NCBI GenBank assembly: GCA_963788655.1
Contig: CAWBHS010000049.1
Span: forward strand, 192,001-256,000
Length of the DNA stretch: 64,000 bases
Origin: an uncultured Verrucomicrobiae bacterium
Lineage (GTDB): Bacteria > Verrucomicrobiota > Verrucomicrobiia > Limisphaerales > JAFGQR01
Direction of reading: 5' to 3'
The notes below the pieces were generated by a model. The model ran no database searches and was not told the origin of the DNA. It worked only from the letters and a program-made list of their open reading frames with translations. Numbering within the stretch: position 1 is the stretch's first letter; every line of letters begins with the position of its first letter. This document shows positions 38,768-49,359 of this stretch, in pieces. A program made the translations under genes and the position numbers.

Positions 38768-38987
38768 TCATTCCTCACCGGCAGGTAGGCTTTGGTCACC
38801 AATAGAAAGATGATGCGCCCGCCCTCCTCCAAGGCGGACAAAAATATCCACGTTCCGGGCGACGAAGAGGCGGCATTTCTTTGTTGCCGCATCTGGGTCC
38901 CGGCTTCCGCGTTGCGTTGGATCGGGGAAACCCTCATTCCCCCCGGCCGTTATTGCAGAAGCCGCCGAGCAATGGTATCACTCCTGA

Positions 38988-41027
38988 GTGTTGCCGCGAA
39001 AGCCATCACTCAAACCTGTCGCCGCGTCCCCAAGGGATCGGCCCGTTGATTCTTCCTCGCTTTGCGAAACGCCAAAGTCCGCGACAAATTCTCCGGCGCC
39101 CTTCCTCACGTTGGCAGAGCTGGAATCGTTTAACCAGGGCACCCATTTTCGCGCGTACGAGAAATTTGGGGCCCACCTGACGACGGTGAACGGGGTGAGG
39201 GGCGTCCGCTTCACCGTCTGGGCGCCCAACGCCGAGAGCCTCCACGTGATGGGCGATTTCAATGGGTGGGACAAGACCGCTCACGCGCTGAAGCCGTTGG
39301 GGCAGTCCGGTGTGTGGACCGGTTTTGTGCCCCACTTGGAGCCGGGCGCCCCCTACAAGTATCACCTGGCGTCCCGCTATAACGGTTACACGATCGACAA
39401 AGCCGATCCGTTCGCGTTCTGGAACGAGACGCCGCCGCGCACCGCCTCGATCGTCTGGCATCTCGACTACGATTGGCGCGATACGGATTGGATGAAGGAA
39501 CGCCACCGGCACAACGCGGCGGATGCTGCGGTCGCCATTTATGAAGTTCACCTGGGCTCTTGGCGGCGGGTTCCCGAAGAGGGCAATCGCTGGATGTCCT
39601 ACCGCGAACTGGCCCCCCTGCTGGCCGAATACGTGCGTGAGATGGGCTTCACCCATGTCGAATTGATGCCCATCACGGAGCATCCGTTCTACGGTTCCTG
39701 GGGATACCAGACCACGGGGTATTTTGCCCCCACCAGTCGGTACGGGACGCCGCAGGATTTCATGTATTTCGTCGATTACCTGCACCGCCAGGGGATCGGC
39801 GTCATCCTTGACTGGGTGCCGTCGCACTTTCCGACGGACGGCCATGGGCTGGTCTATTTTGACGGCACCCATTTGTTCGAACACGCCGATCCGCGCCAAG
39901 GATTTCATCCGGACTGGACCAGCGCCATTTTCAATTACGGACGCAAAGAGGTGTGCAGTTTTCTGATCAGCAGCGCGCTGTTTTGGTTGGAGAAATACCA
40001 CCTCGACGGGCTCCGGCTGGATGCAGTGGCATCACTGTTGTATCTGGATTATTCGCGTCCCTCCGGTGGCTGGATTCCCAACCAAGAGGGTGGCCGGGAG
40101 AATCTCGAGGCCATCGAGTTTTTGCACCGGCTCAACGTCGAGATTTACCGAAGCTACCCCGATGTCGTCACCGTCGCGGAAGAATCCACCGCCTGGCCCC
40201 GGGTGTCGCGGCCGGTACACGGCGGGGGCCTGGGCTTCGGCATGAAATGGGACATGGGCTGGATGCACGACACCTTGCGCTACTTTCAGCATGATCCGAT
40301 TCATCGCCAGCACCACCAGGGCGAGCTCACGTTCCGCCTGATCTACGCGTTCACGGAGAACTACATTCTGCCTTTGTCTCATGATGAAGTGGTGCATGGC
40401 AAAGGCTCGCTGTTCGGCCGCATGACCGGGGATGAATGGCAGAAGTATGCCAACCTGCGGCTGCTCTTTGGTTACATGTATGCCCAACCGGGCAAGAAAC
40501 TGTTGTTCATGGGCGGGGAGCTGGCTCAATGGCCGGAATGGAACCATGAAGCCAGCATTGAATGGCACGCCCTCTCCGATCCGTTTCATGCCGGGGTGCA
40601 GCAATGGGTGCGGCAACTGAACCACATGTACCAAACGGAGCCGGCTTTGCGGGAACGGGATTTCTATCCCGACGGCTTTGAATGGGTGGATTTCAGCGAC
40701 GCCCGCCACAGCACACTGAGTTTCCTCCGGCTGAGCCGGACGACCGGGGACATCGTGCTGGCGGTCTTTAACTTTACGCCGGTGATCCGTCACAACTACC
40801 GCGTCGGCGTTCCGCGGGAAGGCTTTTGGCAGGAAATCCTCAACAGCGATGCCTGCGACTGCGGCGGCAGCGGCCAGGGCAATCTCGGCGGCAAGCCGGC
40901 GGAGCCCGTCCCCATTCACCATCGGCCCTATTCACTTCGTCTTACGCTGTCGCCGTTGGCTGCGCTGTTTTTTGTCAATCGCCCCCGGCATGAAGTCGCG
41001 TCCGCATCGCCCGCAAACAAGGCATAG
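38988..41027 (+). CDS. glgB: 1,4-alpha-glucan (glycogen) branching enzyme, GH13 (start uncertain)
   Basis: Motifs 'FTVWAPNA', 'IYEVHLGSW', '[17 protein letters not shown]', catalytic 'RLDAVAS' and 'AEESTAW', and '[13 protein letters not shown]'. Confidence 0.96.
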   Translation: MLPRKPSLKPVAASPRDRPVDSSSLCETPKSATNSPAPFLTLAELESFNQGTHFRAYEKFGAHLTTVNGVRGVRFTVWAPNAESLHVMGDFNGWDKTAHALKPLGQSGVWTGFVPHLEPGAPYKYHLASRYNGYTIDKADPFAFWNETPPRTASIVWHLDYDWRDTDWMKERHRHNAADAAVAIYEVHLGSWRRVPEEGNRWMSYRELAPLLAEYVREMGFTHVELMPITEHPFYGSWGYQTTGYFAPTSRYGTPQDFMYFVDYLHRQGIGVILDWVPSHFPTDGHGLVYFDGTHLFEHADPRQGFHPDWTSAIFNYGRKEVCSFLISSALFWLEKYHLDGLRLDAVASLLYLDYSRPSGGWIPNQEGGRENLEAIEFLHRLNVEIYRSYPDVVTVAEESTAWPRVSRPVHGGGLGFGMKWDMGWMHDTLRYFQHDPIHRQHHQGELTFRLIYAFTENYILPLSHDEVVHGKGSLFGRMTGDEWQKYANLRLLFGYMYAQPGKKLLFMGGELAQWPEWNHEASIEWHALSDPFHAGVQQWVRQLNHMYQTEPALRERDFYPDGFEWVDFSDARHSTLSFLRLSRTTGDIVLAVFNFTPVIRHNYRVGVPREGFWQEILNSDACDCGGSGQGNLGGKPAEPVPIHHRPYSLRLTLSPLAALFFVNRPRHEVASASPANKA

Positions 41028-41235
41028 CCATAGCAAGGCAACCGCATGCCGCCAGAGGAGCGTGGCTACCCAGCAGCATGGCCGTCGCAAAGACCACGAT
41101 GATTTCCACTTTTGGAATTGATAGCGACTGAAAACTTGGGGGATGAACCGTCAAGCTCTGATCCGAAAAATTAGTTTGAGCTAAGGATCTGTTCCGGGCA
41201 AACATCCAACCAACTGAAACTGCTCAAGACTTAAA

Positions 41236-41598
41236 ATGAAAACTCCACTCATTGTTTCTCTGGCAATCCTCCTGGTCGCCAGCCCCGGCTGCACCGTGAT
41301 TTCCAGCAATTCGACCACCACCCAATCCGGCACGAAAGTCTCGGATGAAACCCTGGTGCAATTGGAACTGGGCAAGACCACCAAGGACTGGCTGATCGCC
41401 ACGCTCGGAGCGCCCACCAGCGCGACCCAAGTGGACGAACATACCGAGATCCTGAAATACACCTCCTCCCGAACGACGAAACAAAGCGGCGGTCTCATTG
41501 TGGTCCTTCATGCCAACAGTGAAACCAAGGAGAAGGAAACGGTTTACTTCGAAATTCATGATGGAGTCTTGAAACGCTATTGGAAAGCCGACGCCTGA
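41236..41598 (+). CDS. Small lipoprotein, SmpA/OmlA/BamE-like
   Basis: Signal MKTPLIVSLAILLVASPG-C. The segment 'LELGKTTKDWLIATLGAPTS' follows the BamE-like pattern. Confidence 0.75.
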   Translation: MKTPLIVSLAILLVASPGCTVISSNSTTTQSGTKVSDETLVQLELGKTTKDWLIATLGAPTSATQVDEHTEILKYTSSRTTKQSGGLIVVLHANSETKEKETVYFEIHDGVLKRYWKADA

Positions 41599-41631
41599 AC
41601 GCCCGTGCGAAACCTCGTAGCAGCCGACATA

Positions 41632-41869
41632 CTGATGAGAGCTTGGGATGGACTACGCATGGTGACATTCAATCGGCTCCTTCTCCCTCACCCTAACCCT
41701 CTCCCCAAGGAGAGGGAACAGATGGAGGTGCCGCTACGGAAACCAAGGGACATCGTGTTTTCAGAAGACCGGTCATCGATTCTCCCTCTCCCTGGGGGAG
41801 AGGGCCGGGGTGAGGGGAAACAAAACCATCGGTTAATCCAAAGTGTCTTCCATCCAGTCAACTGCACAG
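41632..41869. mobile_element. Putative 238-bp MITE with TA target duplication, inserted in a GTAG-type REP and carrying a CCCTCACCC/GGGAGAGGG palindromic doublet
   Basis: TA at 41630-41631 and 41870-41871. Ends CTG...CAG with imperfect inverted repeats (16/27 identical in register). Removing it restores GTAGCAGCCGACATAAGGAGGCTC. Confidence 0.65.
41684..41817. repeat. Palindromic repeat doublet CCCTCACCCTAACCCTCTCC...GGAGAGGG / CCCTCTCCC...GGGAGAGGGCCGGGGTGAGGG
   Basis: Two hairpin units in inverted orientation are directly visible at 41684-41716 and 41784-41817. Confidence 0.85.
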
Positions 41870-41983
41870 TAAGGAGGCTCCAACCTCCGCGTTGCGTCTG
41901 GCTCTCAAAAGAAGGTTGAGCTTCAATATGTCGGCGGCTGCCCCAATGAAATCTACAAACTTCCAACACACTTTGAGCTGGGT

Positions 41984-44900
41984 ATGAACAGAACCGTCTA
42001 TCCAATCTTGCCGCCTGTTTCCCGCATCGGCAAACGGGCAACCATCACTTGGCGCCTCCTGAGTGGTTGGATGCTGTTAGCCGCATGCGCTGTCGCTTTG
42101 CTGAGTCTTGCCCTCACTCCCCTCGCAGCCGCGCAGCCTGATTCTTCCAGCGCGCGTCTCCAGTGGGTCATTCTTGACTCAGACAATCAAACTGTCCCCT
42201 GCCGCATTCACTTGCGGGACGCGCAAGGCAAACCGGTGCAACCCCCGGAACTGCCCTTCTGGAAAGACCATTTCGTGTGTGCGGGCTCAATTGCTATCGA
42301 TCTCGCGCCGGACAACTACACTTATCAAATCGAACGTGGATCGGAATACTACGCGGCTACTGGTGCGGTTCGACTGGTGTCCGGCGAAACTCGATTCCTC
42401 ACCAACACGCTGCGCCGCCTCGCCAACCTGGCGTCCGAAGGCTGGTGGTCGGGCGAAACGCATGTTCATCGTCCGCCATCCGACATCGAGTTGCTTATGC
42501 GGGCCGAGGACTTGCACGTTGCCCCGGTCATCACCTGGTGGAACGACTCCAATCGGTGGTCCCGGCAGCCACGCCCGAGTGATCCCCTGGTTCGCTTCGA
42601 TGGCGACCGTTTCTATCATCTGATGGCGGGCGAGGACGAACGCGGCGGCGGGGCGTTGCTGTATTTCAACTTGCGCGAGCCGTTGAACATCACCGGCGCC
42701 CAACGCGAGTATCCGTCCTCGACCAAATTCCTCGCCGAAGCCCGTCGGCACAAAGGCGTGTGGGTGGAAATCGAAAAGCCATTCTGGTGGGACACGCCGA
42801 TCTGGCTGGCCAGCGGACAAGTGGACTCCGTGGGCATCGCGCAAAACCATCTCCAGCGCAGCGGTGTGCTCGACAACGAAGCCTGGGGTAAACCGCGCAA
42901 CCGCGAACGCTATCCCGGCCCGCACGGCAATGGACTGTGGACGCAGGATATTTACTACCACATTTTGAATTGTGGTTTGCGCCTGCCACCCTCGGCGGGT
43001 AGCGCTTCCGGAGTGTTGCCAAATCCGTTGGGCTACAACCGCGTCTATGTGCATCTGGACGGCGAACTGACTCATCCCAAATGGTGGGAGGGACTGCGCG
43101 CCGGACGGGTCTTTGTTTCGAATGGTCCGTTGTTGCGCTGCCGTGCCAACGGGCAGTTGCCCGGCCACGTGTTCAAGAGCAACGAGCCGCTCATGGTGCG
43201 GATCGAAGGACATCTCGATTCGCGCGACCCCGTGGCATCAGTTGAACTCGTTCACAATGGTCGCGTGGAACCAATTAACCTGCCATACCGGTTCACCGTT
43301 GAGCAAAGTGGCTGGTTTCTGGTGCGCGCTATTGCCGATGTGAAACCCACCTTTCGTTTCGCCTCCACCGGGCCTTTCTATGTCGAGATTGGCGCACAGT
43401 CCCATCCGGTGCAGCGCGAGTCCGCACAGTTCTTTCTCGATTGGACCCGCGAACGAATGCGGCAGTTGCAGCTCGACGATCCGCAACAGCGTGCTGAAGT
43501 GTTGGCCCCGATGCAGGCGGCGGAGAAGTTTTGGATGGCCAAGAGCCAGGTCGAAAAGCCAAACGAGCAAGGAGGCGCTGGGCTCGGAGTCCCGCCTTCG
43601 GGTGGAACTACAAACCTGAGTGTTCATACTACTTCCAAGAACGCTGAAGGCGCGCGGAAGACAGTCCTCACCGGTGAAGTCGTGGATGAAGCGACGAAAC
43701 AAATCATTCCGTCACGGCTCTACATCCAACGCGAGGATGGGCGCTGGTTCTTCCCGGAATCGACTGCTCCGGAAGGTTCCGCCCTTCGCTACGAACACCG
43801 AAATTGGGCGAACACGAACGCCGTCGAGTATCACACCACCCTTTCGGCCCATCCCTTCCGCATCGAATTGGAACCCGGCAACTACACCTTCACCGCTGAG
43901 CGGGGGAAGGAATACCGCCCGTTCACGCAGCGCGTCGAAATTGGCGCCGAACCGCTCACCGTGCGGTTGCCATTGCACCGCTGGGTGAACATGGCGGCGC
44001 GCGGCTGGTATTCGGGCGACACGCACGTTCATCGGACACTTGCTGAGTTGCCAAACGTCATGCTGGCGGAAGACCTCAACGTGGCTTTCCCGTTGACCTT
44101 TTGGGTGACCAAAGCCTTCGCCCCGCCGACCCAAGGCGACAAAAATACCGACGCCGGCGCCTCGCCCCAGTTGATGACCGTGGATGCCACCCACGTCGTC
44201 TGGCCGCGCAACACGGAATACGAAATCTTCACGGTGAAGGGTAAGCGGCATACGCTCGGGGCGGTGTTTGCGCTCAACCACAAGATCCCGTTCCGCATGG
44301 GTGCCCCACCGGTCATTCCGGTGGCCGGCCAAGCCAAACTGGAGGGGGCATTGCTGGACCTCGACAAGCACGACTGGCCCTGGTCGATGGCGCTGGTTCC
44401 ATTGATGGGCGTGGACCTTTACGAGCTGGCGAACAACCATCATTGGCGCACTGAATTCAGCATGACCAACTGGAGCACCCCGGCTCCCGATTGGATGCAC
44501 CTGCCGAACGCGGGCCGCCACGGCACCGAGCGCGATTGGACGCTCTACACCTTTCAGAATTATTACGCACTGCTGAATTGCGGCTTCCGCCTGCGCCCGA
44601 CCGCGGGCACCGCCAACGGGGTGCATCCCGTACCGCTGGGTTTCAGTCGCGTCTATGTGCAGTTGCCCGGCGGCTTCAGCTACGACGCCTGGGTGAAACG
44701 CTTCAATGAAGGGCGCAGCTTCGTGACCACCGGCCCGATGTTGCTGGTCAAAATCGACAATCAATTACCCGGCTTCAAATTCACGGCGCGGCCCAACAAG
44801 ACCCGGCGGATTCGTGTCGAAGGTACGGTGCTCAGTGAACAACCCGTGGAGATCATTGAAGTCATTTTGAACGGGCAAGTCGCGCACCGGCTTACGCCGG

Positions 44901-45214
44901 AAGGTCACCGGAATGCCGACGGCGCCTATGAAAGCAGTTTTCGTCAGATTGGGGACCTCACTGGTTCCGGTTGGGTGGCCGTGCGCTGCTGGGAGCCGCG
45001 CCCCAACAACCGGATTCGCTTCGCCCACACGGCGCCCAGTTTCTTCGACGTGCCCGGCCAGCCACTGCCTCCGCGCTCAGAGGAAGTCGCTTTCCTGATC
45101 CAGCGGGTGCAGCAAGAAATCGAACGCAGCGCCGGCACTTTGCCTCCGGAAGCCATTGACGAATACCGCCAAGCTCTCGCTGTCTATGAAGCCCTGGCGC
45201 GAACGGCGCGTTAG
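41984..45214 (+). CDS. Secreted tandem CehA/McbA-family (PHP-like) metallohydrolase
   Basis: Signal peptide followed by two homologous modules: 'GWWSGETHVHR' / 'GWYSGDTHVHR', 'YYHILNCGLRLPPSAGSASGV' / 'YYALLNCGFRLRPTAGTANGV', and 'GRVFVSNGP' / 'GRSFVTTGP'. Confidence 0.85.
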   Translation: MNRTVYPILPPVSRIGKRATITWRLLSGWMLLAACAVALLSLALTPLAAAQPDSSSARLQWVILDSDNQTVPCRIHLRDAQGKPVQPPELPFWKDHFVCAGSIAIDLAPDNYTYQIERGSEYYAATGAVRLVSGETRFLTNTLRRLANLASEGWWSGETHVHRPPSDIELLMRAEDLHVAPVITWWNDSNRWSRQPRPSDPLVRFDGDRFYHLMAGEDERGGGALLYFNLREPLNITGAQREYPSSTKFLAEARRHKGVWVEIEKPFWWDTPIWLASGQVDSVGIAQNHLQRSGVLDNEAWGKPRNRERYPGPHGNGLWTQDIYYHILNCGLRLPPSAGSASGVLPNPLGYNRVYVHLDGELTHPKWWEGLRAGRVFVSNGPLLRCRANGQLPGHVFKSNEPLMVRIEGHLDSRDPVASVELVHNGRVEPINLPYRFTVEQSGWFLVRAIADVKPTFRFASTGPFYVEIGAQSHPVQRESAQFFLDWTRERMRQLQLDDPQQRAEVLAPMQAAEKFWMAKSQVEKPNEQGGAGLGVPPSGGTTNLSVHTTSKNAEGARKTVLTGEVVDEATKQIIPSRLYIQREDGRWFFPESTAPEGSALRYEHRNWANTNAVEYHTTLSAHPFRIELEPGNYTFTAERGKEYRPFTQRVEIGAEPLTVRLPLHRWVNMAARGWYSGDTHVHRTLAELPNVMLAEDLNVAFPLTFWVTKAFAPPTQGDKNTDAGASPQLMTVDATHVVWPRNTEYEIFTVKGKRHTLGAVFALNHKIPFRMGAPPVIPVAGQAKLEGALLDLDKHDWPWSMALVPLMGVDLYELANNHHWRTEFSMTNWSTPAPDWMHLPNAGRHGTERDWTLYTFQNYYALLNCGFRLRPTAGTANGVHPVPLGFSRVYVQLPGGFSYDAWVKRFNEGRSFVTTGPMLLVKIDNQLPGFKFTARPNKTRRIRVEGTVLSEQPVEIIEVILNGQVAHRLTPEGHRNADGAYESSFRQIGDLTGSGWVAVRCWEPRPNNRIRFAHTAPSFFDVPGQPLPPRSEEVAFLIQRVQQEIERSAGTLPPEAIDEYRQALAVYEALARTAR

Positions 45215-45475
45215 CAGTTTTTTCACGTTGAGTTCGGATTGAGCCTTTCCCCCCGGCTCAAGTCACGTTTGGCTTCCTGATCGCTGCGGCATTTTACGGG
45301 GGTGGTAAGAGAGGTGAGGTCAACGTTCCATGCCAGAGCGGCGGATGGGTAGCGTCGCCGTCGAATGCTCTTCAGTTTGCATCAGCGAGGCAATGCCAAA
45401 CCACCAGTGGGCGCCGAGTCGAGCTGTCGAAGCAGTGCTGCGACAATGCCAGCTTGGACAATTAATTCCCTCACC

Positions 45476-45499
45476 GTAGCCGCCGACGTAAGGAAGTGG
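45476..45499 (+). repeat. Solitary GTAG-type REP unit
   Basis: GTAGCCGCCGACGTAAGGAAGTGG, matching the reconstructed empty site at 41617-41880. Confidence 0.6.
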
Positions 45500-45585
45500 A
45501 CCCGCCGTATCTGATTGTGTGCTGGTTTTTTGAAGCCTGCTACGCTCCTTTGGTTCCGGTTCGTCCGATCCTGGAAATTTCCTGG

Positions 45586-46347
45586 TTAGGCGTTCAACCG
45601 TCCCAGCAACCGGAGCAATCCGTCGAGGATGGTGACCGGGTGAGGGGGGCAACCGGGGATGTAAAGGTCCACCGGCAGCAGGTTCGCCGCGCCGTTGCGG
45701 ACTTCGGGATGATCGACATACGGGCCGCCGGAAATCGCGCAGGCGCCCACCGCGATCACCAACTTGGGCGGCGGCACGGCGTCGTAGGTCTTTTGCAGAG
45801 CGAGCGCCATGTTTTGCGGGACCGGCCCGGTGATCAGCAAGCCGTCGGCGTGACGCGGCGAAGCGACGAATTGGACGCCAAACCGGCCCAGGTCAAACAC
45901 GACGGTGTTCAAAACGTTCACGTCCGCTTCGCAACCATTGCAGCCACCGGCGCTGACTTGGCGCAACTTGAGCGATCGGCCGAACAACCGGCGCGTCTTT
46001 TCTTCCAGCGCCCCCGCCAATTCCAGATCCTGGTTGCCGATGAGCAAGGCGTCGCGTCGGCTGGCAGCAAGACGGTAATCCGTGCTGAAACGGATTGCGT
46101 CTTCCGGGCAGGCCTGCGCGCACTCGGGGCAGAACAGACACCGGCCCAGGTCGAGCCGAAGGCCGTTCGCGTCAATCGTGATCGCGTCGGTCGGGCAAAC
46201 GTCGGCGCACGAACGACACTCGGTCGGGCAGCGGGTCGCATCGATTACCGGACGGCCGCGCAGACGGTCGGGTACCACGGGGGTCGTTCTTGGAAACCCA
46301 ACGGTACGATGGCCTTGTTGGATGCGGGTGAGCAGGGCTTTCAGCAT
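45586..46347 (-). CDS. Ehr/hydrogenase-4 small subunit (NuoB/HycG-like) fused to an N-terminal 2x[4Fe-4S] ferredoxin (NuoI/HycF-like)
   Basis: Ferredoxin motifs CPTECRSCADVCP and CLFCPECAQACP. Small-subunit motifs 'GGCNGCE', 'ASPRHADGLLITGP', 'VGAC' and 'PGCPPHP'. Confidence 0.92.
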   Translation of the reverse strand: MLKALLTRIQQGHRTVGFPRTTPVVPDRLRGRPVIDATRCPTECRSCADVCPTDAITIDANGLRLDLGRCLFCPECAQACPEDAIRFSTDYRLAASRRDALLIGNQDLELAGALEEKTRRLFGRSLKLRQVSAGGCNGCEADVNVLNTVVFDLGRFGVQFVASPRHADGLLITGPVPQNMALALQKTYDAVPPPKLVIAVGACAISGGPYVDHPEVRNGAANLLPVDLYIPGCPPHPVTILDGLLRLLGRLNA

Positions 46348-46356
46348 GGCATGGCC

Positions 46357-47880
46357 TCACAAATCATGGCCGCAATACGACAGGTTGAAACTTTTGTTGC
46401 ACAGAGGAAAGTCGGAGATTTGCTGATCGCGCAACGCCATCGCCAGCCCCATCCAGTTGTGGAACGACGGATCGACGATCTTATATCGGGCAAACTGTCT
46501 GCGTTCATCGGTAAGCGCCACGTGGCAAATCTCGCCGCGCCAGCCTTCGGTCAACGACACCACCGCGGCCTGGGGTGCCAGCGAACCGAGTGCCGTGCGG
46601 GTGCTACCTTTGGGCAGCGATTTGAGTTGGTCGAAAATGAATTCCATCGACCGCTGAATTTCCAGCCACCGCACGTAAGCCCGCGCAAACACATTGCCAT
46701 CCGGATAGGTGGACACCGGGATTTGCGTAAAGCGGTACTGGCCGGAAGGAAACTGGGCGCGCACGTCGCGTTCCACGCCGCAGGCGCGCGCCACCGGCCC
46801 GACCAGGCCAAGTTCCATAACCGTTGCGCGGCTGAGGGAACCGGCATTTTCGAATCGCGAGCGGACCGACGACGTGTTCCACAACAACTCCACCGCGCGG
46901 GTGACATCCTGCCGCGCTTGTTCGAGCCGTTCGCGGAGTTGGGCCAGGCGGGTGTCGTCGGCATCGAAGCCGGTTCCGCCCGGCCGAATGAAGCCCCGGC
47001 CGAAACGGTTCCCGCCAAGCAGGGCGGTCATGTTCAGGAAGTCGCCGCGAATCCGGCCGCAATAAGACATCGTGGGCAGATAGCCGATGTCACCGGCCAA
47101 TGCGCCGAGGTCGCCGGTATGGTTGGCCAACCGTTCCAATTCCAGCGCCAGTGCGCGCAGGGCCTGGGCGCGGGCTGGCACGCGACAGTTGGCCAGCCCT
47201 TCCAGCGCCTGACAGTACGCCGTGGCGTGGCCGATGGTGGTGTCACCGGCCAACGTTTCTGCGTAGGGGATGCTACGTTTGTTCGGGCCGCCGATTAGGG
47301 CGCGTTCCACGCCGCGATGTTGGTAGCCGAGCGAAATTTCCAGGTGATACACGTGCTCGCCGTGGCATTGGAACCGGAAATGACCCGGCTCGATAACGCC
47401 TGCATGCACGGGCCCCACAGCCACCTCGTGGACTTCCTCGCCGTGCAGTTGGAAGAAGTCCGTGACGCCAGGTTGAAGTGGGGTTTCGGGCGCGCGATCC
47501 CAGGCATCCAATCCCGCCCGCCAGGAACGATGAAAACGAATCGGCTTGAGCCCCGGATGGCCGGTCGGTTTGACGCCCCATTGTTCGGCAATCTCCCGTT
47601 CGAACCAATGCGCCTGCGCGCATTCCGGCGTCAGGGACGGGTAAGTGTTCTGCACCTCGGCGGAGCAGATTGAAAGGTGGCCTTCGTTTTCATGGGCCAG
47701 CACGGCCACAAGTCGCACGGCGTTGCCGGCGGCGGCGCACCCAAACAGGGTGGCGATCCGGGCGCCGTGCCGGGTGTCGTTAATCACACGGGCCACAAAG
47801 TCGTCGATGGGCAATTGCAGGATTTGCCCTTGCGGTACCGCGACGGCATTGCGCAGCAAACCAGGCTGGGTGGCGGTCAT
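46357..47880 (-). CDS. Ehr large subunit (HycE/HyfG/NuoCD-like) lacking NiFe-binding CxxC motifs
   Basis: Motifs 'WFEREIAEQWG', 'VAVGPVHAGVIEPGHFRF', 'LELERLANH' and 'EGWRGE'. The L1 position reads ETLAGDTTIGH and the C-terminus reads DFPLCNKSFNLSYCGHDL. The ATG at 47880 overlaps the upstream stop (TGATG). Confidence 0.92.
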   Translation of the reverse strand: MTATQPGLLRNAVAVPQGQILQLPIDDFVARVINDTRHGARIATLFGCAAAGNAVRLVAVLAHENEGHLSICSAEVQNTYPSLTPECAQAHWFEREIAEQWGVKPTGHPGLKPIRFHRSWRAGLDAWDRAPETPLQPGVTDFFQLHGEEVHEVAVGPVHAGVIEPGHFRFQCHGEHVYHLEISLGYQHRGVERALIGGPNKRSIPYAETLAGDTTIGHATAYCQALEGLANCRVPARAQALRALALELERLANHTGDLGALAGDIGYLPTMSYCGRIRGDFLNMTALLGGNRFGRGFIRPGGTGFDADDTRLAQLRERLEQARQDVTRAVELLWNTSSVRSRFENAGSLSRATVMELGLVGPVARACGVERDVRAQFPSGQYRFTQIPVSTYPDGNVFARAYVRWLEIQRSMEFIFDQLKSLPKGSTRTALGSLAPQAAVVSLTEGWRGEICHVALTDERRQFARYKIVDPSFHNWMGLAMALRDQQISDFPLCNKSFNLSYCGHDL

Positions 47881-49356
47881 CACAGACCTCCCAAGCTTTG
47901 GGCGATCTGGTGCAACAGATCGCTCACGGTTGGCGGCAGATAGAATCCCAGCCCCAACACCAACGCGCCCAGCACCGCGGGCGGCGACAGGGCAAGCAAT
48001 GACCGGCCAGTTGATTTCGCAATCGGCGCCGTTTCGGATTGTCCTTGCGCCATTCCCAGGAACGCAGTGGCCATCCCGATGAAAATAATTGCCAGCAGCA
48101 GCAGGTAAATGATTCCCACGACTGGACTCCCGTTGTCGAACGCTGCTTTCAATATGGTGAACTCGCTGAGAAACGGTCCAAACGGCGGCGTGCCCGTGAT
48201 GGCCAAAAAACCGGCGATCCACAGCGCCCCGGTCACTGGCGACCGCCGCAACACACCGCGCACCTGGCCGATGGTCTTGGTTTGATACATCGCGAGGATG
48301 TTGCCGGCCACGAAGAACAGCATCGCCTTCGTGAACGAATGATTAATGGCGTGAAACATGGCGCCGAACGAACCCGCGCCGCCCAGTCCCACCCCCAGCG
48401 CCAGAATGCCCATGTGTTCGACACTCGAATAGGCCAGCAGCCGTTTGTAGTCGGTTTGGCCCAGAATGAATACCGCGGCGACGCCCATGGAAATCAGGCC
48501 GAAGCCCACCAGTAGTTGCTGGCCGAAAACGATTTCTCCGGCGGCCACGCCCACCTGTTGCAACCGCAGGATGCCCAGAAACGCGCAGTTCAGCAGTGCC
48601 CCGGAGAGCAGCGCGGAGATGACGGACGGCGATTCACTGTGCGCGTCCGGCAGCCAGGTGTGCAACGGCGCCAGGCCCATCTTGGTGCCGTAGCCCACCA
48701 GCAGCAGAATGAACGCGGCCTTCAGCCAAGTGCGGTTGGAGGTTGTGGGCGTGCGCCACCAGCAAAGGCATTTCCAGGGGCAACGCCGGCTGACCAGGTT
48801 GTGCCGCGGCCACGCCCAGGAAGAAATTCCCCAACAAGGCCAGCGCAATGCCGACCGAACAAATCAGGAGGTATTTCCATGTGGCTTCCAGCGAACGATG
48901 GTGCCGGTGAAAGTAAATCAACGGGGCGCTCGCCAAAGTGGTTGCCTCGATGCCGATCCAGAGCAGGCCGAAATGCTGGCTGAGCGTGACCAATGTCATG
49001 GCCGCCAGAAAGAGCAGCAGGCAGCCGACGAAAACCGCCTCGGGCGCGTTCTCAAAAAGAAAGCCTTCCTCGAGATCGGTAATCCGCCGGCTTGATTCCT
49101 GGGCCAGATAACCCAGCGCATAAACCGACGCCGCCAGAAACAGAATGCTGGTAATGGTCAGGAACAGTCTTCCGGCGGCATCCAGGAACAGCCAGCCGCC
49201 CAGGGCCGGTGCGGGATCAAATCGCCACGCGGCCACGGTCAACGCCGTGTGCGCCAGCGCGGTGAGCACCAGGAGGCCGCGACGGGCGGCCGTGGCGCGC
49301 AGAAAGAACGCGGCGATGCCGGCCAGCGCGGGAATGAGAATCAAGGCAAGCGTCAT
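47880..49356 (-). CDS. hyfF: Hydrogenase-4 component F (antiporter-like membrane subunit); one frameshift near 48735
   Basis: Motifs 'LWIGIEATTLAS', 'LEATWKYLLICSVG', 'GYGTKMGLAPLHTWLPDAHSESP' and 'KRLLAYSSVEHMG'. Confidence 0.9.
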
Positions 49357-49359
49357 GGA

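Noticed and set aside
41030..41052. Sigma54 promoter-like GGCATG...TTGC on the minus strand
   Set aside because: The GG-GC spacing is one base short of the required -24/-12 spacing, and it points antisense into glgB.
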